Positions 1 through 8,925 of a DNA stretch of 64,000 nt are shown here, in pieces. How positions within the stretch are numbered: the first letter of the stretch is position 1; every line of letters begins with the position of its first letter. Below the pieces are notes generated by a model. That model made no database searches. It was not told the DNA's origin and was given only the letters and a program-made list of their open reading frames with translations. Source of the stretch: Candidatus Bathyarchaeota archaeon (lineage in GTDB: Archaea; Thermoproteota; Bathyarchaeia; Bathyarchaeales; Bathycorpusculaceae); contig CAWHVC010000001.1 of assembly GCA_963832745.1 (NCBI GenBank), forward strand, positions 64,001 to 128,000, written 5' to 3'. The translations under genes and the position numbers were made by a program.

Positions 1-308
1 TTGACAGTGCCGCAGTCTGTTTTCTAGATCCCGTTGACATCAAAAAACTTGGCTTAAAAAACGGCATGAACGTTCAAGTAACATCAAAATATGGTTCCAT
101 TGTAGTGAAAGCCAAAAAATATAATCACGGTGCAATGCCCGGAATGATCTTTATGCCTTGCGGTCTTTGGGTAAATGCAATTTGTGGTGACGACACATAC
201 AGTATGGGCATGCCCATCTTCAAAGGATTCTCTGTTGATGTCGAACCAGCCCCAAATAAGCCCGTCTTAACCTTAGATGAGCTTCTAAAACAGGAATTTG
301 GAAAGTAA
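1..308 (+). CDS. fwdD: Formylmethanofuran dehydrogenase subunit D (5'-truncated by window edge)
   Basis: Frame open from the window start; molybdopterin dinucleotide-binding-like sequence (VTSKYGSIVV...FMPCGLWVN...GMPIFKG); directly upstream of fwdB. Confidence 0.9.
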   Translation, partial: DSAAVCFLDPVDIKKLGLKNGMNVQVTSKYGSIVVKAKKYNHGAMPGMIFMPCGLWVNAICGDDTYSMGMPIFKGFSVDVEPAPNKPVLTLDELLKQEFGK

Positions 309-313
309 TCATT

Positions 314-1876
314 ATGACAGAAATAATCAAATCAGTTGTTTGTCCAATATGCGGCTGTCTCTGTGACGATCTTGAAGTAACAGTGGAAAACAACGAGATT
401 GTCAAAATGAAAAACGGGTGCGCCGTATGTGAAGCCAAAATGGTTCACGGATATAAAAGCGAAGAACGCATCTTAGAACCCATGATACGAAAAGACGGTA
501 AACTCGTACCTGTATCTATGGATGAAGCAATTCAAAAAGCCGCACAAATTCTTACCGACGCAAAATATCCTCTCTTGTTCGGGTGGACAAGCTCTACAAG
601 TGAAACCCAACACGTCGGTGTAGAATTAGCTGAAGAACTCGGTTCAGCATTAGACAACTGCTGCAGTGTATGTCACGGTCCATCAGTTATGGCTACCCAA
701 GAAATCGGTATCCCAACAGCCACACTGGGCCAAATCAGGCATCGTGCAGACTTAATTGTTTACTGGGCATGCAACCCTTGGAGTTCACATCCAAGACATG
801 TTGAAAGATACACCGCCTTCACTGAAGGCCGCTTTGAAAAAAGCGAATTCAAAGATTACGTTCAAAAACTAAAGGCGCGAGCAAGCCAGAAAAAAGTTGC
901 TGCAACAATTCGGCGTACACAAGTACGTTATCAACCTCCACCACGTCCACAAACATGCGTCGTCGACGCGCCCCCACAAACCTTGGCAAAAATGGGTCGC
1001 AAAATGATTGTTTTCGACGTAAGAAAAACAATGACCGCCGAAGTAGCTGACTATTTTGTTCAAGTTGAACCAAACACGGACTATGAAATATTTGACGCTA
1101 TGCGGTGCTTAGTCAATGATCAAGAATTAGACGTTGACAAAGTTGGTGGAGTACCTGTTGATTACCTAAAAGATGTTGTAGACGCAATGGTTAACGCTGA
1201 ATTTGGCGCAATCTTCTTCGGTTTAGGTTTAACTCAAAGCGCCGGTAGATTCCGAAACATTGAAATCGCAATTGCATTAACACGTGACCTTAATAGAAAA
1301 ACTAAATTCGTTATTTCTCCAATGAGGGGGCACTTTAACGTTACAGGTGCAAACACAGTTTTTGCTTGGCAGACAGGTTACCCATACGCGCTTGACTTCT
1401 CACAAGGTTACCCACAATATAACCCCGGCGAATTTACTGCTACTGACTTGTTGAGACGCGGCGACAACGATGCTACATTGATTATTTCTGCAGACCCAGC
1501 AGCGCACTTCCCAAAGAATGCAGTTCAAAACATGATGAAGCACCCCTTAATCACAATCAACCCTGATTGGAACGCAATTTCAAGGCTCGGTGACGTGGTG
1601 TTTCCAACACAGTGGTGCGGTATAGAACAATCAGGTACGGCTTACCGTATGGATTCTGTTCCAATTCCACTCAAAAAAGTTGTTGAGGCTCCAAAAGGCG
1701 TTCTTAGCGATGAAGTGATAGTTAGACGGATTCTTGAGGAAGTCCGAGCTATTAAAGCTCAAAAAGCTGCAAAAGAGGGTAAAGAAATGCCAAAAGAAAA
1801 ACCAAAAGAATCCAAAGCTGCCGTTCCTAAAAAAACAGTCAGAAAACCTAAAAAAACTGTAAAAGAGGTTGCCTAA
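314..1876 (+). CDS. fwdB: Formylmethanofuran dehydrogenase subunit B (Mo/W-pterin subunit)
   Basis: N-terminal CPICGCLCDD, CSVCHGPS (Cys ligand, no Sec), HPRH, PMRGHFNV, GTAYRMD. Confidence 0.95.
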   Translation: MTEIIKSVVCPICGCLCDDLEVTVENNEIVKMKNGCAVCEAKMVHGYKSEERILEPMIRKDGKLVPVSMDEAIQKAAQILTDAKYPLLFGWTSSTSETQHVGVELAEELGSALDNCCSVCHGPSVMATQEIGIPTATLGQIRHRADLIVYWACNPWSSHPRHVERYTAFTEGRFEKSEFKDYVQKLKARASQKKVAATIRRTQVRYQPPPRPQTCVVDAPPQTLAKMGRKMIVFDVRKTMTAEVADYFVQVEPNTDYEIFDAMRCLVNDQELDVDKVGGVPVDYLKDVVDAMVNAEFGAIFFGLGLTQSAGRFRNIEIAIALTRDLNRKTKFVISPMRGHFNVTGANTVFAWQTGYPYALDFSQGYPQYNPGEFTATDLLRRGDNDATLIISADPAAHFPKNAVQNMMKHPLITINPDWNAISRLGDVVFPTQWCGIEQSGTAYRMDSVPIPLKKVVEAPKGVLSDEVIVRRILEEVRAIKAQKAAKEGKEMPKEKPKESKAAVPKKTVRKPKKTVKEVA

Positions 1877-3574
1877 ATGACTGAAATCCTAATCAAAAAC
1901 GGTTTTGTGATTGACCCAATCAACAAGATTGATGGTCAAAAAATGGATATAGCCATTAGAGACGGCAAAATAGTTGAAAAAGTTAACGAGCGTAAAGCCC
2001 AAATCATTGACGCCTCAGGCTTAACAGTTATGGCTGGCGGTGTTGATATTCACAGTCACATTGCGGGTTCAGAAGTTAACATTGGAAGAATGATTCGGCC
2101 TGATGACCACGTGAAAGATGTTGTACGCAAAACAGCTTTAACACGCGCTGGCACTGGCTACTCAATTCCATCCACTTACGTTACCGGTTACCGTTACTCA
2201 AAAATGGGTTACACAACCGTTATGAATCCGTCAATGGCGGCTATGAAAGCAAAACACACTCATGAGGAATTAAACGATATACCCTTAATTGACAAAGCAT
2301 CCTTCACTTTACTGGGTGACTGGTGGTTTGCACTTGAAAACATTGCCAAAGGCGACATTGAAGAATGTGCGAGACACATTGCCTGGATGTTCCAAGCCAC
2401 CCGTAGTTACGCCATCAAAATCGTTAACCCCGGCGGACTGGAATCTTGGGGTTTCGGACATAACGTTCATAGTATTGATGACCAAGTGCCAAACTTCTGC
2501 CTTACACCCCGAGACATCATTACGGGTCTAGCAAAAGTAAACACGATGCTTAACCTGCCTCACACAATTCACTTACATACTAACAATTTGGGCATTCCCG
2601 GTAACTACAAGACAACTCTTGATACAATGAGGGCGCTTGAAAGTGTATACCATGGCGGCAAACCAATTGGGCATATAACTCATGTTCAATTTAGCAGTTT
2701 TGCTGGCGACAGTTGGGCGCACTTTAAATCTGGTGCTGAAGAAATCGCTAATTACCTTAACGCTCACAACCACATGACTGTTGATATTGGTCAAGTCACT
2801 TTTGCAGATACCACAACTATGACTGCTGATGGCCCGTTCGAGTTTTCACTTTATGAGCTTGGCGGTCACAATAAATGGGTGAACAGTGACATTGAAACTG
2901 AAACTAGCGGCGGCATTATACCATTCCATTACAAGAGAAAAAATGCGGTAAATGCTATTCAGTGGTCGATTGGTCTTGAATTATCCTTGTTGATTAAAGA
3001 TCCTTGGAAACTGTTCATGACTACTGATCATCCTAACGCTGGTCCCTTCTATCACTACCCACGGGTTTTCGCTTGGCTACTTAGCCGCAAAGCACGTGAC
3101 GCAACACTTAAACGTTGTAACAAGAAAGCACAGAAAAAGAGTTTACTCCCGACAATTGACCGCGAATACAGCCTCTACGAGTTGGCTATCATTACACGCG
3201 CAGGGACAGCCAAAGCTTTAGGTCTTAAAAACAAGGGTCACCTTGGTGTCGGCGCAGACGCAGACGTTTCAATCTATAACATTAACCCCGAAACAACAGA
3301 CATCGCCCAGAACTACAAGCCAGTACGCAAAGCCTTCGGTAATGCCGCTTACACAATCAAGGACGGCGAGATTGTTGTTAAAGACGCTGAAATCGTTGCT
3401 ACTCCACCGGGCAGAACTATTTGGCTTGACGTTCAAACAAAGGAACCCTGCCGAATCGATGACGAAATGAAACGCAAATTCAGAGAATACTGGACTATGG
3501 AATTTGATAATTACCCAGTGACTGACCACTACATCAAGGTTCCAGAAAAATTAAGCATCAAGGCAAGTGTCTAA
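1877..3574 (+). CDS. fwdA: Formylmethanofuran dehydrogenase subunit A (amidohydrolase fold)
   Basis: GGVDIHSHIAG, KIVNPGG, HLHTNNLG, TTDHPNAGP motifs; operon order D-B-A-C. Confidence 0.95.
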   Translation: MTEILIKNGFVIDPINKIDGQKMDIAIRDGKIVEKVNERKAQIIDASGLTVMAGGVDIHSHIAGSEVNIGRMIRPDDHVKDVVRKTALTRAGTGYSIPSTYVTGYRYSKMGYTTVMNPSMAAMKAKHTHEELNDIPLIDKASFTLLGDWWFALENIAKGDIEECARHIAWMFQATRSYAIKIVNPGGLESWGFGHNVHSIDDQVPNFCLTPRDIITGLAKVNTMLNLPHTIHLHTNNLGIPGNYKTTLDTMRALESVYHGGKPIGHITHVQFSSFAGDSWAHFKSGAEEIANYLNAHNHMTVDIGQVTFADTTTMTADGPFEFSLYELGGHNKWVNSDIETETSGGIIPFHYKRKNAVNAIQWSIGLELSLLIKDPWKLFMTTDHPNAGPFYHYPRVFAWLLSRKARDATLKRCNKKAQKKSLLPTIDREYSLYELAIITRAGTAKALGLKNKGHLGVGADADVSIYNINPETTDIAQNYKPVRKAFGNAAYTIKDGEIVVKDAEIVATPPGRTIWLDVQTKEPCRIDDEMKRKFREYWTMEFDNYPVTDHYIKVPEKLSIKASV

Positions 3575-3577
3575 ACC

Positions 3578-4393
3578 ATGATAACAATTACACCTAAACG
3601 AGAATTTGACGTGCCAATCCAAGCAGCATGCATTAGCGTTGATGCGCTTGCTGGAAAAACAGTTCAAGAAATTAAGGCAATGCCCATCACTGAAGGAAAA
3701 GAAACAATCACACTCGGCGACGCCTTTGAAGTAACAGAAGACAAAACAGTAGAAACCCCGAACATCACCCTCAACGGCGACTTCTCAAGAGTCAAACGCA
3801 TCGGTCAAGGCATGAAAACCGGTGAAATCGTAATCAACGGCGATGCTGGTATGCATACAGGCGAAAAATTGGCTGGCGGCAAAATCGTTGTAAACGGCAA
3901 TTCAGGCGGCTGGACTGGTAGCGAAATGAAGAAAGGTCTCATTGAAGTCCACGGTGACTCAGGTGACTACACAGCTTCACCCTACAGAGGCACAAACACA
4001 GGCATGAAAGGCGGCTTAATATCTGTTGACGGAAATGTCGGCACAGACGTTGGCTGCTATCTACAAGGCGGAATCATCAAAATCAAAGGTTCAGCTGGAA
4101 GATTCCTCGGTTACCACATGAGCAACGGGACCATCTACCTTGAAAAAGGATGTGACACTCGTGCAGGCGCATGTATGACTGGTGGAAAAATCATCATTAA
4201 CGGTGCAATAGAATTGTTGATGCCAACATTCACTATTGACGCAGTTAAACCAAAAGTCAAAGTAGACGCATCCCAAAACGCAGCGGGACCATTCTACGTG
4301 TTCCTAGGCGACTTGGCAGAGCATGGTACAGGCAAAATCTTTGCATTAAAAACAGCAAACCCAACTTTGAAATCATACGAAAAATACCTCTAA
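3578..4393 (+). CDS. fwdC: Formylmethanofuran dehydrogenase subunit C
   Basis: GXGXG beta-helix repeats (RIGQGMKTGEIVINGDAGMHTG); followed by a T-tract. Confidence 0.95.
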   Translation: MITITPKREFDVPIQAACISVDALAGKTVQEIKAMPITEGKETITLGDAFEVTEDKTVETPNITLNGDFSRVKRIGQGMKTGEIVINGDAGMHTGEKLAGGKIVVNGNSGGWTGSEMKKGLIEVHGDSGDYTASPYRGTNTGMKGGLISVDGNVGTDVGCYLQGGIIKIKGSAGRFLGYHMSNGTIYLEKGCDTRAGACMTGGKIIINGAIELLMPTFTIDAVKPKVKVDASQNAAGPFYVFLGDLAEHGTGKIFALKTANPTLKSYEKYL

Positions 4394-4432
4394 AACTTTA
4401 TTTTTCTTGTAAACAGCGCTTTCTGCGCTACT

Positions 4433-4747
4433 TTACCAACGTTTTTTGCGTTCCCCACTTAATTCTCTTGTTAAGACACCCACAAAGTCTTGATGTTTCC
4501 AAAGAATGTCTCGCCATACAGAACCCTTCTCTGTTAAAGTATACCCTTCTTCTTTAGAGCCCATTATCAAACCGTTGTCTTGAAGAAACTTTATTGTGTG
4601 GTCAGTCTGGGTTTGATTGCCTGCTCTCCGGTAAATATCATACCATACGGCTTTGCCTTTTTGGGCTTGAGCGGTCTTGACGATATCGAGGTACTCTTTA
4701 AGTCTTTCAGCCGCTCTAGAGGGTGGCGGCGAATGGGTTCGCGGCAT
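4433..4747 (-). CDS. Small hypothetical protein, probable winged-helix DNA-binding fold
   Basis: FLQDNGLI...YTLTEKG wing motif typical of archaeal wHTH proteins. Confidence 0.6.
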   Translation of the reverse strand: MPRTHSPPPSRAAERLKEYLDIVKTAQAQKGKAVWYDIYRRAGNQTQTDHTIKFLQDNGLIMGSKEEGYTLTEKGSVWRDILWKHQDFVGVLTRELSGERKKRW

Positions 4748-4750
4748 TAC

Positions 4751-5134
4751 TTAATCCCGTTTTGCTTTCTGTTCTCTGTATTCTTTCACTCGGAGACTTT
4801 TTTCGAGGCTAAACAATGTTTGGTATCGTGCATTGAGTTTGCTATGGCGATATAGTACACATGCGCCAGCCCCTATCGGTATCAAATTTACAAATATTAC
4901 CCATATTGCAAGGAATCCGATGTTTGATAAGTCGATGCTGCCTGTTAGGTATAAGTAGAAGTCTAAGCCCAAACCGAATGCCAGCATGTAAAATCCCAGA
5001 AGGAAATATGCCGATACTGCCTCGTTTAGGTCTTTGGCGATTGTTCGTGCATCTTTTGAAAGTTCATCGTAGACAATATTTAAGGCTTCTAAATCTGCGT
5101 CTACACTTTGATTTTTATCCGACATACAGGTCAT
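4751..5134 (-). CDS. Hypothetical membrane protein (2 TM)
   Basis: Two hydrophobic segments; 3 nt from the downstream gene. Confidence 0.6.
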   Translation of the reverse strand: MTCMSDKNQSVDADLEALNIVYDELSKDARTIAKDLNEAVSAYFLLGFYMLAFGLGLDFYLYLTGSIDLSNIGFLAIWVIFVNLIPIGAGACVLYRHSKLNARYQTLFSLEKSLRVKEYREQKAKRD

Positions 5135-5299
5135 CTTTAACTACTGTAAATGGTTCTTGAGTATTTCTGGTTAATTCTATAACTTAAAACGCCTTAACTT
5201 CTACATGCCTGCATCTTTACGCTTGTATGCCTTGAACTATGGTACGTTTTAGCCGAATAACTTATCAGACGCGCATGACTCAAAAAAGGCGTTACTGGA

Positions 5300-6095
5300 G
5301 TGTGGCTTATGCGTCAAGTAGACATGACAAGGCTTGACTTATCAACAGGCACAGCAACCAAAATGAGTGACTGCGTCGCTGAAGAGATTCCGCTTAAAAT
5401 AATCATAAACAACGATTACGCCTTTGTCATCTGGAGTTCCCCTTCACAATTCAAAGAACTTGCAGTAGGCCACCTATTCGCCGAAGACATCCTCTACTCA
5501 ATCGACGAAATCGAAACCATAACAGCCGACGAAGCCGAAAACGTTTGTCATGTACAATTCAAAGCCGACATAAACCTTGACGAACGAATGAAAAATCGTA
5601 GACGCGGTGCAAGAATCGTGCCCCTCATAAAAAACAGCACCTCAGCATATCAACACGACAACAAAATCTCCACAGTAAACTCAGATTTAAAAGTTAAAGC
5701 CCAAACCATCTTTGACGCAATCGCTCGGATGAACGAAAAAGCAACAGGATTCACCAAAACAGGCGGTTTGCATGACAGTGGCATCTTTAAAGCTGATGGA
5801 ACAATGGTTGCTTTCTCGGAGGATGTAGGGCAGGCATAATACGGTTGACAAAGTCATAGGTGAAGGCTTGCTTAATCGAATACGTTTTGCTGAATGTTTT
5901 ATGATTATTACTGGTCGCGTGCCGGGGGACATGATTTACAAGGCCGCACGAGTTGGGTTGCCTATTGTGGCGTCGGTGGCGGCTGTTTTGAATTCGGGAG
6001 TTTCTTCAGCCCAGAAAGCCAACGTTACCTTAGTAGGGTTTGTGCGTGGAAAACGTATGAACGTTTACACCAGCCCAGAACGTATAATCCTATAA
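5300..6095 (+). CDS. fdhD: Formate dehydrogenase accessory sulfurtransferase FdhD (single +1 frameshift at ~5829)
   Basis: AEEIPLKI, ELAVGHL, TGGLH; removing one G from GGG at 5828-5830 restores EDVGRHNTVDKVIG and joins ORFs 5300..5839 and 5868..6095. Confidence 0.88.
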
Positions 6096-6106
6096 AACCC
6101 TGAGAG

Positions 6107-7195
6107 TTAAGCGGTTTTGAGTTTATAACGGTGCGGCTGACCCGTTTTACCCATAACCCACGATTCACACCAAGCCTTATCAGCCAACGCACGCTCCATA
6201 AGAAGCAGGCAACCGTTTTTCTCGTAAATTTTAGCTTCATTGCGGTAACTGTTTGCGGCGTCAAAAAAGGCTTCCTTTCCCTCAAAATCAAGGCTCAAAA
6301 ACTCTTTGTTTTCGGTTCCCTGCCGTAGTTGTGCCTGTCCTAGCAACGCTTCACCTTTACCTTCACCTGCCACGCCAGCCCAGAAAAAGTTGCTACAAAC
6401 CTCAAAACGGCTTTTGCATAAATCAAAAATGCTTTGAGCCTTCACAAGCTCTCCTTCTTTAAGCATTTCTGCGGCGTTACGCATAAGCTGCAAATCAGAA
6501 ATGGGCAGTGCTCCATAATTTAGTAACACATTGTCTTTTACGGGACCATGGAGACGGCGGGTTTGCAGTTTTTTTAGGTCCTCTTGAGAGTTGATGTTAA
6601 TGAAGCTTTTAAACGTCGGATCAAGAGTTTTGATTATTTTCATGGGTGAAGCGAGCATGGTTTTAGATGCGGCGCGGGGTATATCGTCGGAACGTGGATG
6701 TTTCAGTTTGCATAGGGTTTCAATGATTTCCAACCCAACCTTGCGTTGGAGAATCATGATGAGCGTTTCCAGTCTGCCGTTAGGCCACATGGGCACAACC
6801 ACCTCAAAACCTTCCGCCAAAGTGAACAAGTAATTGGCTACTTCCTGTTTGACAAAGGGCATATCACACGGTATGACAAGGCACTGGTCAACTTGAGCCG
6901 CTTTTAAACCAGTCATTATTGCAACATTGGGACCGCTAATATCGGCATTTTCATCGACCACAATCTTGGCATTTAACCCATATTTCTCCAAAACCTCAAT
7001 GTACCCTGCTTTACGCTCTTCATCATTAACGCAGACAACCACCTCATCAACTACGCCCTGCACGTTTTCAATAGCGTGAACTAAAAGCGGTTCTCCTCCA
7101 AGCAACGCTAAAGCCTTGTCCTGCCAACCCTGACTCTGCGTCTGGAACCTTTGAGCTTTGCCCCCTGAAAGCACAAGTGCAGCCCGTCGAGTCAA
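6107..7195 (-). CDS. mobA: Molybdenum cofactor guanylyltransferase with C-terminal helical extension
   Basis: LVLSGGKAQRF, DKALA, PCDMPF, FININSQEDL; ~150 extra C-terminal residues. Confidence 0.85.
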   Translation of the reverse strand: MTRRAALVLSGGKAQRFQTQSQGWQDKALALLGGEPLLVHAIENVQGVVDEVVVCVNDEERKAGYIEVLEKYGLNAKIVVDENADISGPNVAIMTGLKAAQVDQCLVIPCDMPFVKQEVANYLFTLAEGFEVVVPMWPNGRLETLIMILQRKVGLEIIETLCKLKHPRSDDIPRAASKTMLASPMKIIKTLDPTFKSFININSQEDLKKLQTRRLHGPVKDNVLLNYGALPISDLQLMRNAAEMLKEGELVKAQSIFDLCKSRFEVCSNFFWAGVAGEGKGEALLGQAQLRQGTENKEFLSLDFEGKEAFFDAANSYRNEAKIYEKNGCLLLMERALADKAWCESWVMGKTGQPHRYKLKTA

Positions 7196-7207
7196 GTTTT
7201 TTCCTCC

Positions 7208-7762
7208 TTAAGCCTGCTTTTGGTTTTTCGCCAACTGCTGCTTTACTAATTCAACAAGCCTTTCGCCTTCTTCAGGGACCCGTATGACTGGTAAGCCTTG
7301 AATGGTTGTGGCTTCGGTGTTTTTGCTGATTACTCCTGTAACTGCTAGTATGGGTTCAACGTTTTCCCGTAGGGTTTCTTGGAGGGTTTCTGGGTCTTTT
7401 GCAGCTATAATTTTTGAGACGTCTGCTCTTTTGGCGATTAAGCCATGGAATCCTTCGATGAAAATGATGTCTAATGGTTCTTTTTCGATTACTGTCAGTA
7501 CTTGGTCGAGACTGTTTAGTTTCAGTTCGGTTCTTTTTATTACTGACACCTCTTCTGGTGAAATTGCCGCAACAACTTTGGCGCCAGCTTGGGCATAACG
7601 CCAGGTGTTTGTGCCTTTGGTGTCAATCGTAAACCCCATGTGGTGGACGTGTTTGATTGCGCCGATTTTGTAGCCTTCACGTGAAAGCTGGTTGACTAAG
7701 TATTCGATGGTGAATGTTTTTCCTGAACCGCTTCTTCCTACTGTGGCGACAATTAAAACCAT
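7208..7762 (-). CDS. mobB: Molybdopterin-guanine dinucleotide biosynthesis protein B
   Basis: Walker A GRSGSGKT, IKHVHH, DTKGTNTWRY, IEGF. Confidence 0.88.
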   Translation of the reverse strand: MVLIVATVGRSGSGKTFTIEYLVNQLSREGYKIGAIKHVHHMGFTIDTKGTNTWRYAQAGAKVVAAISPEEVSVIKRTELKLNSLDQVLTVIEKEPLDIIFIEGFHGLIAKRADVSKIIAAKDPETLQETLRENVEPILAVTGVISKNTEATTIQGLPVIRVPEEGERLVELVKQQLAKNQKQA

Positions 7763-8068
7763 GCCCTATTCGCTCCTATGGGTTTTTGGTTTTTTGGGTT
7801 TATAAGTTAATTCCTCTGCATTTTTGTGTTTTTATATGTGGTTTGTTGTCCAGTTTGTGTTCCTGTTTGGCTCATTTTCAGGCTGGTTTTAACGCAGGGT
7901 TTTTGGGCTTGCGTTTGGTCTTTCCATTTCACGAGAGTATTATGCGACGTGCCTGGAGCATGAGAGTCCAAGGTTTGCTGGGTTTTTTGTTGTTTGCTTA
8001 TCAATCTACGATGTTATTTATTAGTCAGGTCGTGGTTGGTGTTTTTAAGTTTTTCCAATAAAAATTTG

Positions 8069-8092
8069 CGATATGATTATATAGTAATATCG
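8069..8092. promoter_or_regulatory. Imperfect palindrome CGATATgAtTATATAgTaATATCG between divergent mobB paralogs
   Basis: 10 of 12 positions symmetric; overlaps a TTATATA TATA-like core. Confidence 0.45.
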
Positions 8093-8307
8093 TGTTTGTA
8101 TGCACGAAGGAATAAGAGGCCGCTACACAGCGCAAGAACAGCAGTAAACTAGACGCCTCTCCTCCAACTACCCGAGCATCTAGCAAGCAGCTGTCCTTAC
8201 GCCCAAGCCCTCACTTCCCTTCATTACCACAAATTTGCCCACTCCTAAGTCGCTACATTTTTCTTCTAAAACATCTACTTCTTAACTGAGCCATAAGAGG
8301 GAAGGAT

Positions 8308-8802
8308 TTGCCAAAAATAATTGCTGTAGTCGGCGAAAAACACTCTGGAAAAACTACAATAATCGAAAACTTAATTATTGAACTAAAAAAACGAGGTTAC
8401 CACATTGGCGCCATAAAAGAAATGGTCCGCATCCCAACTTTGGACACGCCGAAAACAGAAACCGACCGTTATGTCCAAGCAGGTGCAGAAAAAATTGTTG
8501 CCGTTCCCCGTAATGAAACCGTCATATTCATAAAAAAACGCTTAACCATAAACGAAATTTTGCCTCACTTGCAGGATTTGGATTATGCCATTTTGGAAGG
8601 CTTTGAGACTGAGCAGACAGTGCTTAAGATTGTGGCTGCGAAAAATTTTGAGGAAGCATACAGCTTCATGGATGGCTCGGTTGTTGCTGTTTCTGGTTTA
8701 ATTATGGAGTCAGCAAAGGAGCGATCAAAAGCTTTCGAGTTAAATGTGCCTTTGTTTAGTTGTATAACACATGCTGACAAACTTGCCGATTTGATTGAAT
8801 AA
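8308..8802 (+). CDS. mobB: Second MobB-like protein
   Basis: GEKHSGKTT, GAIKE, DTPKTETDRY..AGA, LEGF; TTG start. Confidence 0.8.
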   Translation: MPKIIAVVGEKHSGKTTIIENLIIELKKRGYHIGAIKEMVRIPTLDTPKTETDRYVQAGAEKIVAVPRNETVIFIKKRLTINEILPHLQDLDYAILEGFETEQTVLKIVAAKNFEEAYSFMDGSVVAVSGLIMESAKERSKAFELNVPLFSCITHADKLADLIE

Positions 8803-8925
8803 AAATGGGTTTCATCAGCCTATAATTCTAAAAAGCCACCAATGTTATCGGTGTTGGTAATTATTGTTAGTAAGCTAATTATTCTACGAATGCTAACTTG
8901 CTTATAGCAGGTTGTTGTATTTCTT

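Noticed and set aside
7807-8061. ORFs 7714..8061 and 7807..8004
   Set aside because: Low-complexity products of a G/T-skewed intergenic tract
8101-8280. Moco/Tuco riboswitch upstream of mobB
   Set aside because: The context fits but I cannot find the conserved helices or sequence of the motif
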